DNA of 31,840 nucleotides, from IMG/VR virus record IMGVR_UViG_3300037440_000387, positions 1 through 31,840 of that record; one strand, written 5' to 3'. Below the pieces are notes generated by a model. It ran no database searches and had not been told where the DNA came from. It saw nothing but the letters and a program-made list of their open reading frames with translations. Both the position numbers and the translations under genes were made by a program. The stretch comes from a virus (lineage: Duplodnaviria > Caudoviricetes). Shown here in pieces: positions 8,833-16,540 of the stretch. Every line of letters begins with the position of its first letter. Within the stretch, counting starts at the first letter, position 1.

Positions 8833-10424
8833 TCGCCGTCGCCTCCCCAGTCCGCCGCGGCCAGCATCGAGGTGAAGTCCTGCTCCTGGCCCTTGCTGAG
8901 CAGCTTCGCCTTGGACTCGGCCTCCCACGCATTCGCCTTCTCGGTCTCGGTGCGGGCAACCTCGGGGGCCTCGCGCGGGACCTGGAACTGATGGAAGGCG
9001 GCCTGCCTTGCCCCGATCAGACAGTCGGTGGAGTGGTTCGCCTGGCCCTTGTTCTCTTTTAAAAACCCGTAGTCATCCACCGACCACTGAAGCTCCTGGA
9101 GCTGCCTGTGGAGGGCGCTGCCCTTGAGCACCTTGATGCGGCCGTCGAGAAAGTCGCCGTTGGTCAACTCGATGGCGTCGTGTTTGTAGCCGGGCCGCTT
9201 GTCCACGCGTGCCACCGCGATGCCGTACGTGTTCCGCAGCTCGAGTTGGAGCCCTTCTCCGATGTCGCCGACGAACGCGCTCGGCCATCCGGTCGCGCCG
9301 ATGAGCCCGGCCGGGTTCGCGGCGTCGTGCTTCTCGCCCAGGAGCAGCTGCGCGATCGGGCGTGCGTGCATGCCGGTCTGCTCGTAGCCGTAGACGTGGA
9401 GCAGCTCGCCGTCGTGACGGTTGAAGGCGAAGATATTTAACGCGAACGGGTCTTTGTAGCCCTCGTCCATCGCGTAGACGTATTCCCAGTCGCCGGCGGG
9501 GAGCTTGACGATGCCTCCCTCACGCGGCGGGTCCCACATGTTGAACTCGGCGCCGGCCTCGTCGTGGGGTCGGTAGCGGAACACCATCTCGGTGTCATCG
9601 GCGGCCCAGATGCCGAGGTACTCGCGGCGCCAGACGGGGTGGCTATCGCTCCAGCCTTTCTTCGCCTTCTTCTCCAGCGCCTTCGCCCAGACGCGGTTGG
9701 CGTGGACCTGCCAATCCTCCGGGCCCGCGTCTTTGCACTCGGCCAGAGACCAAGCGTGGACGCTGAACTCGCCGGTCTCGTTCCCGCCGGTGCGGGTGGC
9801 GTCGTAGAAGGGGCCGCGCAGGATGTGGCCCGGGGTGCCGCCGATGGTCAGCGACGTGTCCGGGTAGTCGTCGAGGCGGGGCTCGATGACGCGCTCGTAG
9901 AAGTGCTCGAGCAGCTGCGGGGGGTAGGCGCCGCACTCGTCGATCAACACCTCGTGCCACGCGATGCCGCGGAGCTTGTTGATCTCGCGCATGTTGTCCA
10001 TGCCGAACAGGCGCAGCCACGAGCGGTTCCACGGACAGAACGCTCGGAGCCGGGTCTCGTTGAAGACCATCCCCAGGTCGTAGCGTTCGTTGATGTCTTT
10101 GAGCGGGTCCCAGAAGATGTCGCGGCACTGGTCACCGGTGGACGCCACGAACAAGACCCGGGCCTTCGGTGTGCCCACCACGCGCCGGATCGCCCGGGCC
10201 CTCATCCCGGTCGTCTTGCCGGCTCGGCCTCCACACAGGACCGCAAGGCGCGGTGACGGGTCGGTCACGAACGCTTGCTGCGCCGGGTGGCACTCCTCGG
10301 CCAGCTCGACGTAGAGCTGGTCCCACCGATCGGTATTCCGCGCCTGAGCGTCGGCGTAGGCTCGGTCAGCTACGTACGCGTAACTCACGGCCAGCAGGGC
10401 TCCGATCGCGAAGAAGCGGCCCAT
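8826..10424 (-). CDS. terL: Terminase large subunit
   Basis: Q-motif HPAQQ, Walker A GGRAGKT, Walker B VLIDE, motif III GGTP, WRREYLG, nuclease residues in MDEG...D and HSTD. Confidence 0.92.
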   Translation of the reverse strand: MGRFFAIGALLAVSYAYVADRAYADAQARNTDRWDQLYVELAEECHPAQQAFVTDPSPRLAVLCGGRAGKTTGMRARAIRRVVGTPKARVLFVASTGDQCRDIFWDPLKDINERYDLGMVFNETRLRAFCPWNRSWLRLFGMDNMREINKLRGIAWHEVLIDECGAYPPQLLEHFYERVIEPRLDDYPDTSLTIGGTPGHILRGPFYDATRTGGNETGEFSVHAWSLAECKDAGPEDWQVHANRVWAKALEKKAKKGWSDSHPVWRREYLGIWAADDTEMVFRYRPHDEAGAEFNMWDPPREGGIVKLPAGDWEYVYAMDEGYKDPFALNIFAFNRHDGELLHVYGYEQTGMHARPIAQLLLGEKHDAANPAGLIGATGWPSAFVGDIGEGLQLELRNTYGIAVARVDKRPGYKHDAIELTNGDFLDGRIKVLKGSALHRQLQELQWSVDDYGFLKENKGQANHSTDCLIGARQAAFHQFQVPREAPEVARTETEKANAWEAESKAKLLSKGQEQDFTSMLAAADWGGDGEW

Positions 10425-10425
10425 G

Positions 10426-10728
10426 CTAGGCCCACTTCCACCAGTTCACGCGCTCCATCGGGATGCAGAGCAGCTCCGGCTCGCCGCTCGACGGCTTGAA
10501 GGTGACGAGGAAGAACCGGCCCCGGGTGTTGAGCGCCATCTCGAAGCGGTCCCCGGTGATGGACTCGCTCATGCCAATGCCGGGTCCGTGCATGGGCTCG
10601 GCGAGGGCGATGAGGGAGACGGGGATGTCGGCGGGGCTGGCGGCGATCGCGGTGGCGGGGTCAACCAGGCTGGTCCCGGACTCCATCCCCTCGGGCTTAC
10701 GGGCGTGCTGCTTGGACGACTTCGACAT
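10426..10728 (-). CDS. Hypothetical protein with a portal-like peptide
   Basis: ATG 10728 with RBS GAGGAG, 100 aa; contains RKPEGMESGTSL. Confidence 0.65.
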   Translation of the reverse strand: MSKSSKQHARKPEGMESGTSLVDPATAIAASPADIPVSLIALAEPMHGPGIGMSESITGDRFEMALNTRGRFFLVTFKPSSGEPELLCIPMERVNWWKWA

Positions 10729-11164
10729 GCTTTCTCCTCGGGCGGTTACCAAAACGGGCCGGCAGGGGGTTGAATCGGGGGCGGGGGCGGCCTTGGGCGA
10801 TGCCGCGGCAGACGATCCGCTCGTCGCCGATCGGGGTTCTGCAGGAGTGGGTGTATTTGGGGACGAGGCCGACGGCGGACAGGAGCCGGCCCGCTACGCC
10901 CTTCTTGCGGTAGGAGTCCCAGACGTAGACGAAGTGCACGAGGTCGTCGCCCTCGAAGCAGAGCCATCCGTATTGCGTCGCGCCGTCGGTGCCGCGCTCG
11001 ACGAGGACCCGGGACCGGTCCAGGATCGCTTCCAGTTCCACGCGCATCACGTCGGCCCAGCGGTCCATGGAGATGAGCCCGGCGCTGTGGGCGGTCCGGT
11101 AGCTGCGGATCCAGGACGACAGGATTGGGCCTCGGTCGGCGGGGGTGGCTGGCTCGATCTTCAC
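10697..11164 (-). CDS. GNAT-family acetyltransferase
   Basis: GTG 11164 in a GTGA overlap with the HNH stop; MKIEPATPAD start and acetyl-CoA motif A FVYVWDSYRKKGVAGRLL. Confidence 0.75.
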   Translation of the reverse strand: MKIEPATPADRGPILSSWIRSYRTAHSAGLISMDRWADVMRVELEAILDRSRVLVERGTDGATQYGWLCFEGDDLVHFVYVWDSYRKKGVAGRLLSAVGLVPKYTHSCRTPIGDERIVCRGIAQGRPRPRFNPLPARFGNRPRRKHVEVVQAARP

Positions 11165-11751
11165 GACGCCCGCTTCCTGGCTCGGTATTCCCGGCTTCGG
11201 CGCTGGCAGCAGACGCGGCACTGGCGCATCGTCCGGCCACCCGAGAGGGCAACGACCTTGAGGTTGCCCCCTTCCAACGGGTGGCCATACATGCACTCCG
11301 TCTTCGCGTAGTTCGGCGGCCCCTTCGCGTTCCTCTTCTTTCGCGAACGCTCGTTGTCGCAGGCCCGGCACCAACGGTGGCCGTTCCGGTCCGTTCGCGT
11401 GTTCTCCTCGTCGTACCGGTGCCCAGCGGGGCAGTGCGTCTTTCTGGCTTGGGCTGAAACCGCCCGTGCCACATTTTCAGCCTGCGTAACCGGCTCCAGA
11501 TGGGCCGGGTTGACGCATGCCGTGTTGCGACACAGGTGGTCCGTCACCAGCCCGTCCGGGATCGGACCGACCAGGAGTTCATAGGTCACCCGGTGGGCTA
11601 GGTGCGGGTACGCCTGCCAACTCACCATCCCGTACCCACGGGCGTTCCGGTGGCCCTTCCACTCCCAGCAGGGGCCGTCGAGCTCCGGGTTCCAGGGCAC
11701 CGCCCAGCGGGGCTCGACTTTGGACACGATTCTTTGCGGTAGACGCTGCAT
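11161..11751 (-). CDS. HNH endonuclease (HNH_3 type) with two Zn modules
   Basis: ATG 11751; CWEWKG...GYG...AHRVTYE...DHLCRNTACVNPAHLEPVT, then two CxxGH...CxxC modules. Confidence 0.88.
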   Translation of the reverse strand: MQRLPQRIVSKVEPRWAVPWNPELDGPCWEWKGHRNARGYGMVSWQAYPHLAHRVTYELLVGPIPDGLVTDHLCRNTACVNPAHLEPVTQAENVARAVSAQARKTHCPAGHRYDEENTRTDRNGHRWCRACDNERSRKKRNAKGPPNYAKTECMYGHPLEGGNLKVVALSGGRTMRQCRVCCQRRSREYRARKRAS

Positions 11752-11753
11752 GC

Positions 11754-12083
11754 TCACCTCGAGTACAGGACGGTCCGCGGATCGCCAAAGTCCCGCTTGA
11801 CCTCCTCGTGGATCTCGCGCGCCCTCTGTTTGCGCCGCTCCTTGCGCCACTCGCGAACGGTCTGCCCGTCCGCGATCGGCTGCGTGTCCATGACCCAGGG
11901 CGGGGCCTCGTCGGATGAGCCCCGGACTGCGGCGGCACCCCAGGTGGTGGCGAGGCGGGGAGCGGGGAAGCGGCGGGATGCGGTGCCGCCGCAGTCGCAG
12001 GGGATGGAGTCGGGCGCGGGGCGATCGACGATGCGCTCGCGGGTGGTGGCGCAGGTGGGGCAGGTGTAGTCGAACATCAGCAT
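11754..12083 (-). CDS. FmdB-like zinc-ribbon protein
   Basis: ATG 12083 (TAATG overlap); MLMFDYTCPTC...IPCDCGGTASRRFPAP. Confidence 0.7.
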   Translation of the reverse strand: MLMFDYTCPTCATTRERIVDRPAPDSIPCDCGGTASRRFPAPRLATTWGAAAVRGSSDEAPPWVMDTQPIADGQTVREWRKERRKQRAREIHEEVKRDFGDPRTVLYSR

Positions 12084-12481
12084 TACTTCGACAAAACCCC
12101 CTCGCTCGCCAACCCAGCTACCTCCGCCGCCACCTTCCGGCGCAGCTCCAGGGGCAGGTCGCGGACGATCTCGATGGCGGACTCGGCGAGCTGGTCCGGG
12201 CTCAGGTCGCGGGCCTTGTTCTTGGCGTGCTTCTCCAGCTGCCGGAGCTCGGTGATGATCCCGGTGACGGCGCGGAGGGTGCTGTTGCGCTCGCGGACCA
12301 GGGCCGGGCTGACATCGACCGCGGGATCGGCGATCATCGTGTCCAGGCTCACGATGAGACCCCGCGCCTTGGCCAGCTCCTCGCGCATGGTGGCGTCCAG
12401 GTCGAGCGGCCCGATGTGGGCGATGGGCGCGGGGGTCTCGCCGTTCTTGGGGGTGCCGGGGAGGCGGACGTGTTTGCCCAT
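12083..12481 (-). CDS. Putative terminase small subunit
   Basis: ATG 12481 (TGATG overlap), 132 aa, all-helical with a two-helix core, upstream of terL. Function is a positional inference. Confidence 0.4.
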   Translation of the reverse strand: MGKHVRLPGTPKNGETPAPIAHIGPLDLDATMREELAKARGLIVSLDTMIADPAVDVSPALVRERNSTLRAVTGIITELRQLEKHAKNKARDLSPDQLAESAIEIVRDLPLELRRKVAAEVAGLASEGVLSK

Positions 12482-12651
12482 CAGATGGGCTCCTCGGGGC
12501 GGTCGAACCACGAGAGGACACGGTGGCAGGGGCCGTCCTCCGCGTTGACCGGCTCCACGATCACGGGGTAGGCGCCGCGCTGCTGATCCACGACGGCGCC
12601 ATTGACCGCGGCGGAGGGGTCCCGATAACGGCGCTCGGTGCGGTAGCGCAT
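12481..12651 (-). CDS. Hypothetical protein
   Basis: MRYRTERRYRDP, 56 aa, TGATG-coupled at both ends; alternative GTG start at 12711. Confidence 0.5.
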   Translation of the reverse strand: MRYRTERRYRDPSAAVNGAVVDQQRGAYPVIVEPVNAEDGPCHRVLSWFDRPEEPI

Positions 12652-12902
12652 CAGTACGGCCTCGGCCTCGGGCGTGGCTTGGGATTTGGCTTGGGCTTGG
12701 CGCGGGAACACACCCAGGCGTGATCCGTTGGCCTCCGGAGACCAACGCGGAGGCTGAGCGCCCCCGTTTCACCAGCGTCCAGATTGGCTTCCTGCGCCGA
12801 AGCGCCCGGGGTGTGCCGAGCCGCGGTTGCCGCGGTGGGTCCTTCCGGTATCGCCGCCCTGGTCGCCCCGGGATTGCACCGGGAACTCCTGGAACTCTTC
12901 AT
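12651..12902 (-). CDS. Low-complexity hypothetical protein (Pro-Lys/Pro-Arg tail)
   Basis: ATGA and TGATG coupling at both ends, but the protein looks unstructured and the DNA is hairpin-rich. Confidence 0.35.
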   Translation of the reverse strand: MKSSRSSRCNPGATRAAIPEGPTAATAARHTPGASAQEANLDAGETGALSLRVGLRRPTDHAWVCSRAKPKPNPKPRPRPRPY

Positions 12903-13108
12903 CGGGTGCCGCCCTCGATGAGGTCCATCCCGACGCCGTAGACGGCTCCGCGCAGGGAGGCGCCGGACTCGAGACCGGTGGGCTTGCGCGGCGATGGGGC
13001 CGGGGCCTGCTCGACCGCCTCGTCGGCGCACTTAGTGGCGTAGCGGTGGCCCTGGCCGCTGAGGACATGGAGCCGGTAGATTTCGAGCCAGAACTCGCGA
13101 TTGTTCAT
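12899..13108 (-). CDS. Small protein with a portal-like peptide
   Basis: ATG 13108 in an ATGA overlap with the HNH stop, SD GGAGG; 69 aa MNNREFWLEIY...RKPTGLESGASLRG. Confidence 0.65.
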   Translation of the reverse strand: MNNREFWLEIYRLHVLSGQGHRYATKCADEAVEQAPAPSPRKPTGLESGASLRGAVYGVGMDLIEGGTR

Positions 13109-13473
13109 GCAGCAACCTCCACCGGCGCACAAGCCAGGCAGACGCGGCCGGCTTCGGGGGTGAGCCGGCCGTGGGTAAAGGCGTCGTGGCCCGCGGCGCA
13201 CTTGCGCTTGCGGGACCGGCGACGGAAGGATTTGCGGCGGCCGTTCTCCGAGCGGGTTACGGCCTCGAGATGCTCGGGGCGTAGGCAGTGGCGGCGGCGG
13301 CACCCGTGGTCGATCTCGTGGTCGGTGGGGATCGGGCCGCGGGCTTCGGCGTAGACCAGGCGGTGGACGCGTCGGCCTCTGCGGTCGATTGCGTAACCGT
13401 CTCGGTCACACATCCCCGTCCAGAGATGGCATCCGTAGACCGGATCGACTTTGTACTCGCCGAGAAGCTCCAC
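13105..13473 (-). CDS. HNH endonuclease, first gene of the late operon
   Basis: GCHLWTG...GY...VHRLVY...IDHGCRRRHCLRPEHLEAVTRSEN. Confidence 0.85.
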   Translation of the reverse strand: MELLGEYKVDPVYGCHLWTGMCDRDGYAIDRRGRRVHRLVYAEARGPIPTDHEIDHGCRRRHCLRPEHLEAVTRSENGRRKSFRRRSRKRKCAAGHDAFTHGRLTPEAGRVCLACAPVEVAA

Positions 13474-13495
13474 CTAGGGGGCAGTTTAGGCCGGG

Positions 13496-13570
13496 AGTGT
13501 AGGAAAATCCAACGAAAGTGTAGGGAAATCCTACGCCGGGCGTGAACTGGCCCCGGAAAGTGTAGGAAAA
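13496..13570. promoter_or_regulatory. Three phased direct repeats AGTGTAGG(A/G)AAA upstream of the late operon
   Basis: Copies start at 13496, 13517 and 13559 (spacing 21 and 42). A minus-strand -10-like TAAACT lies at 13488-13483. Confidence 0.65.
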
Positions 13571-13781
13571 CACCACACTGACCCAGCGTCGCCTCCCCCC
13601 CTCCGAGGACCCGGGCCCCGGTCGGGGGTCATACCCCCCACCTACTCAAGCCGCGACGCGAATGTCATAGCCCTCAGAGCCCCTCAGCTCATTCCTAAGC
13701 GCACCCAACCAGACCCCCCGAATCCCCTACCCGAATCCGCCCACGCCTCTGTGCGTCTGTTCAGCCTTGCTCTCGAGCACG

Positions 13782-14165
13782 TCATCGTCCTCGCCTGAAA
13801 TGCCGAACCAGCCCGCTCTCACCCGCCACCTGCTCAGGCTCACACCAGCACTCCCTCCCAGCCACATGCACAGGCTCCCCAGGCCAGACCGGGATCAGGT
13901 GCACGCTCGGCACCACCTCCTCGTCCACGACCGGCAGCCCGACCCGGCCCCACTTTGAGCGCGGCTTTGTCTTCGGCCCCGGCTTCGTCTTCCGCACGCC
14001 CGTGAGCGCGTACACGCAACTGGCACAGCGCGGGTCCGACTCCTTAGCCGGGCTCCACTGCCGTCCATAGCGGCGGCGAGGCCTGGCCCCGCACTCGGCT
14101 ACGGGCTCGTCCTTGTCCCGGGCGTGGGCGCTGGTGCCGGTGCCGATCTTGAACCAGGACGTCAT
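13782..14165 (-). CDS. Hypothetical Cys/His-containing basic protein
   Basis: ATG 14165 in an ATGA overlap; H...CG...CxxC and H...CWC...H motifs. Confidence 0.55.
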   Translation of the reverse strand: MTSWFKIGTGTSAHARDKDEPVAECGARPRRRYGRQWSPAKESDPRCASCVYALTGVRKTKPGPKTKPRSKWGRVGLPVVDEEVVPSVHLIPVWPGEPVHVAGRECWCEPEQVAGESGLVRHFRRGR

Positions 14166-14563
14166 CGCCGCGTCTCCTTCGCAATCCTCATCCAGCCCTC
14201 CAGCTTCATCGTCACCAGTACGTCTTCCGCTACCGGCGCAATCGCAGGCCCGTACCGGTTCGCGATTCGCACCAGGTCCGCCGCCGACATTGTGACCCAG
14301 ATGGTGCGTGCCCCCGTCTCTCGCCAGATCACCACCGGCGTCCGTCCGTCCGCGTCTGCCTCGGCCTGGCGATACGCCGCGGCTCGGTCCACTCGGTTGT
14401 GGTGCTTGGCCTCGACCCAGAACGGGGTCCCTTCCACGTCGCAGCACTCCGACCCCTTGCGCGTCTGCCTCAGCCCTCGCGCGGCATTAGGCCAGAGTGG
14501 GCGCAGGAGTTTGGCCAGGGCTCGCTCGAAAGTGGCCCCCTTGGTTCGGCTCATCTTGCTCAT
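14162..14563 (-). CDS. Holliday junction resolvase (Hjc-like PD-(D/E)XK)
   Basis: SRTKGATFER...DVEG...WVEAKH. Confidence 0.8.
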   Translation of the reverse strand: MSKMSRTKGATFERALAKLLRPLWPNAARGLRQTRKGSECCDVEGTPFWVEAKHHNRVDRAAAYRQAEADADGRTPVVIWRETGARTIWVTMSAADLVRIANRYGPAIAPVAEDVLVTMKLEGWMRIAKETRR

Positions 14564-14835
14564 GTGCTCTCCTTCGCAACGCGCACCACGACGTTGCCCG
14601 CCGGCGTGGCGAGCAACACGAACGGCCCCTCAGCATCCGACGAGACGTCGCCGACCTCGCCGACCAGGGTAACGAGCCTCTCCTTGGCCACGCGGACCTC
14701 GAGGAGCTTGCCGCCACTCCGCCCAGTCCTGACGGCGGCTGTGCTGATGCCCTCCTTGGGGCTACCCCCGGCCGCGAGCCAGCCATCGAGCCAGGCCAGA
14801 GCCTTCGCTCGCTCGACCTTGTGGTGCTCGCTCAC
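14560..14835 (-). CDS. Hypothetical protein
   Basis: GTG 14835 in a GTGA overlap, 91 aa. Confidence 0.5.
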   Translation of the reverse strand: MSEHHKVERAKALAWLDGWLAAGGSPKEGISTAAVRTGRSGGKLLEVRVAKERLVTLVGEVGDVSSDAEGPFVLLATPAGNVVVRVAKEST

Positions 14836-15053
14836 GCGCTCCCCCTCGGCATCCGCCACGTACCGATGTCCACGTACGGCACCCAGCCCGGGCTAGGCGC
14901 CACCACCACTCGCGGCGGCTCCAGGCCATCGACCGGGTAGCGACGCCTCATCTCCGCACGCTGGTACGCGAGCTCGAGCGCGGACCGGCACTGGCGACAG
15001 AGGCGGGCCCCAAACGTGCGGCGTTCGCATGCTCCGCAGCGGCTCCATGTCAT
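14832..15053 (-). CDS. Small Zn-finger protein
   Basis: ATG 15053; CGAC...CRQC. Confidence 0.5.
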   Translation of the reverse strand: MTWSRCGACERRTFGARLCRQCRSALELAYQRAEMRRRYPVDGLEPPRVVVAPSPGWVPYVDIGTWRMPRGSA

Positions 15054-15766
15054 GACGCCATTCCTTCCGCTTCGTCGTCGTCCCACTCGTCCTCGTCCTC
15101 GTCCTCGTCCTCGTCACTCCAACCCATGATCGCGTCCCGAAGCTCGACGCCCTTCGGAGTCAGCCTGTACCCGGCCGTGGGCTTCATCCGCTCGCCGTTG
15201 TGCTCGACGATCCCGCTCGCCTTGTACTTGCCCAGGACGCGATAGACCTGCGAGCCGTGCATCGAGCCGTAGTCCTCTCGCACGTCGTTGATGATCCGGC
15301 TCGGGGCCCGCCACTCGTGCGTTGACAGCGCCGACAGCAGTGACTGCCTGAGCGCGCTGCGGTCTCCCACCGGCGCTCGCGGGTCTCCGGGGTCGTACAT
15401 CTCGTCTGGGTAGGCACCACCTCGAGCAATCTTCGAGACCGTGGCGGGCGGAACTCCCAACTCGCGCGCGATGTCGGCCACCTTGTCCCCGCGCTGGTAC
15501 CGGCCCCGGATCTGCCCGACATGCTCTGCGTACTTGCGCAGGTGCGTGGACGAGATGGTTCGCACGTACTTGCCGAAGTCGCCGCGCTTCTTCTCGGCCT
15601 GCCACACCGCGCGCCAGAACTCGCGCCGTTCCTGGTCCCGCTCTGCTCTCGCCTGGCGCCGGCGCTTCTGGTCTTGCAGACGCGAGCAGACGCGGCACAT
15701 CTTGCGGCCCCGCGGGCTCATGTACGTCAGCTCTGGCGTCATCTCGTGCCCGTGTTTGCACGTCAT
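15050..15766 (-). CDS. Multi-domain DNA-binding protein (Zn module, HTH, winged helix, acidic tail)
   Basis: CKHGH...CRVC; VADIARELGVPPATVSKI HTH; SQVYRVLGKYKASGIV...YRLTPKG winged helix; DEDEDEDEDEWDDDE tail. Confidence 0.7.
   Translation of the reverse strand: MTCKHGHEMTPELTYMSPRGRKMCRVCSRLQDQKRRRQARAERDQERREFWRAVWQAEKKRGDFGKYVRTISSTHLRKYAEHVGQIRGRYQRGDKVADIARELGVPPATVSKIARGGAYPDEMYDPGDPRAPVGDRSALRQSLLSALSTHEWRAPSRIINDVREDYGSMHGSQVYRVLGKYKASGIVEHNGERMKPTAGYRLTPKGVELRDAIMGWSDEDEDEDEDEWDDDEAEGMAS
15086..15115. repeat. (CTCGTC)x5 coding microsatellite
   Basis: Five perfect copies encoding the Asp-Glu run. Confidence 0.85.
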
Positions 15767-16182
15767 CGGAGCCTCCGCATTTCGTCTTTGAGCAGCCGCA
15801 CAGCCGCCGCCTCGTCGATCACCCAGTGGTCCGCGAGCCCGAGCGAGAAGAAAATGGATCGGTCCATCGCGTCCGCATCGCCGACGAGGATGGTTTCCTT
15901 CTCGGACCCGAGCGCGAACCCCAACTCCACGCCCGAGCCATACCCGTGGCCGGGTGGCGGCACCAGGAGCACGAGCACGTCCGCCTCCACGATCTCAGCC
16001 AGGCACGTCTTGGCGGCGTGGAGGGCGAGGTCAGAGGGGAGCCCCTCGTTGGCTAGGCCGATCTCGCGGATGGAGTCGATCCACGTGGAGGTCACACGGA
16101 TCCCCGCGCGGATGAGCCGGTCCCGGAACCCGTCCGCGCGGTCGATATCGGCAGAGGCGGCGGCGAGGTAGACGCGGATCAC
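15763..16182 (-). CDS. Nucleoside 2-deoxyribosyltransferase-like (NDT/Rcl fold)
   Basis: VYLAA...EIVEADVLV...GSGVELGFALG. Confidence 0.75.
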   Translation of the reverse strand: MIRVYLAAASADIDRADGFRDRLIRAGIRVTSTWIDSIREIGLANEGLPSDLALHAAKTCLAEIVEADVLVLLVPPPGHGYGSGVELGFALGSEKETILVGDADAMDRSIFFSLGLADHWVIDEAAAVRLLKDEMRRLR

Positions 16183-16355
16183 GGCTTCTCCTTCGACGAC
16201 TCGATGTAGTTCTTCGTGATCTCCCAGCGTCGGCCCCGGAGTAGTTGCTCGCGCATGACCCTAAGCCGCCGGACCCGGGCCGAGATGACCCCTGAGATGG
16301 TCCAGCCGACGAGGCAGCCGAGCACGAAACCCGCGGCGTGGAGGAGCCAGATCAC
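16179..16355 (-). CDS. Small membrane protein
   Basis: Read by hand, 58 aa: MIWLLHAAGFVLGCLVGWTISG...; GTGA overlaps at both ends. Confidence 0.6.
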   Translation of the reverse strand: MIWLLHAAGFVLGCLVGWTISGVISARVRRLRVMREQLLRGRRWEITKNYIESSKEKP

Positions 16356-16540
16356 AGCGCTCCCAGATAGGCAACCAGCAACCCGCCGACCACAAGCAAC
16401 CAGAGAAACCTCCTCGTCACCCGTGCCGACCGCTCACTCGCGATGCGCTCGACCTCCACGGCGTAGAAGGTTCGGAGGCCGGCCAGGTCAACACTCACTC
16501 CCCACTCGACCGCCTCGGCCTCGGAACTCTCCGTCACCAT
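16352..16540 (-). CDS. Small protein with a C-terminal TM helix
   Basis: ATG 16540; ends RRFLWLLVVGGLLVAYLGAL. Confidence 0.55.
   Translation of the reverse strand: MVTESSEAEAVEWGVSVDLAGLRTFYAVEVERIASERSARVTRRFLWLLVVGGLLVAYLGAL

Noticed and set aside
12860-12935. Complete tRNA gene
   Set aside because: Only a T-arm-like hairpin is present; I could not form the acceptor stem, D arm or anticodon arm.
13496-13570. CRISPR mini-array
   Set aside because: Repeats are about 12-15 nt with 21/42 spacing, too short and irregular, and no cas genes are present.
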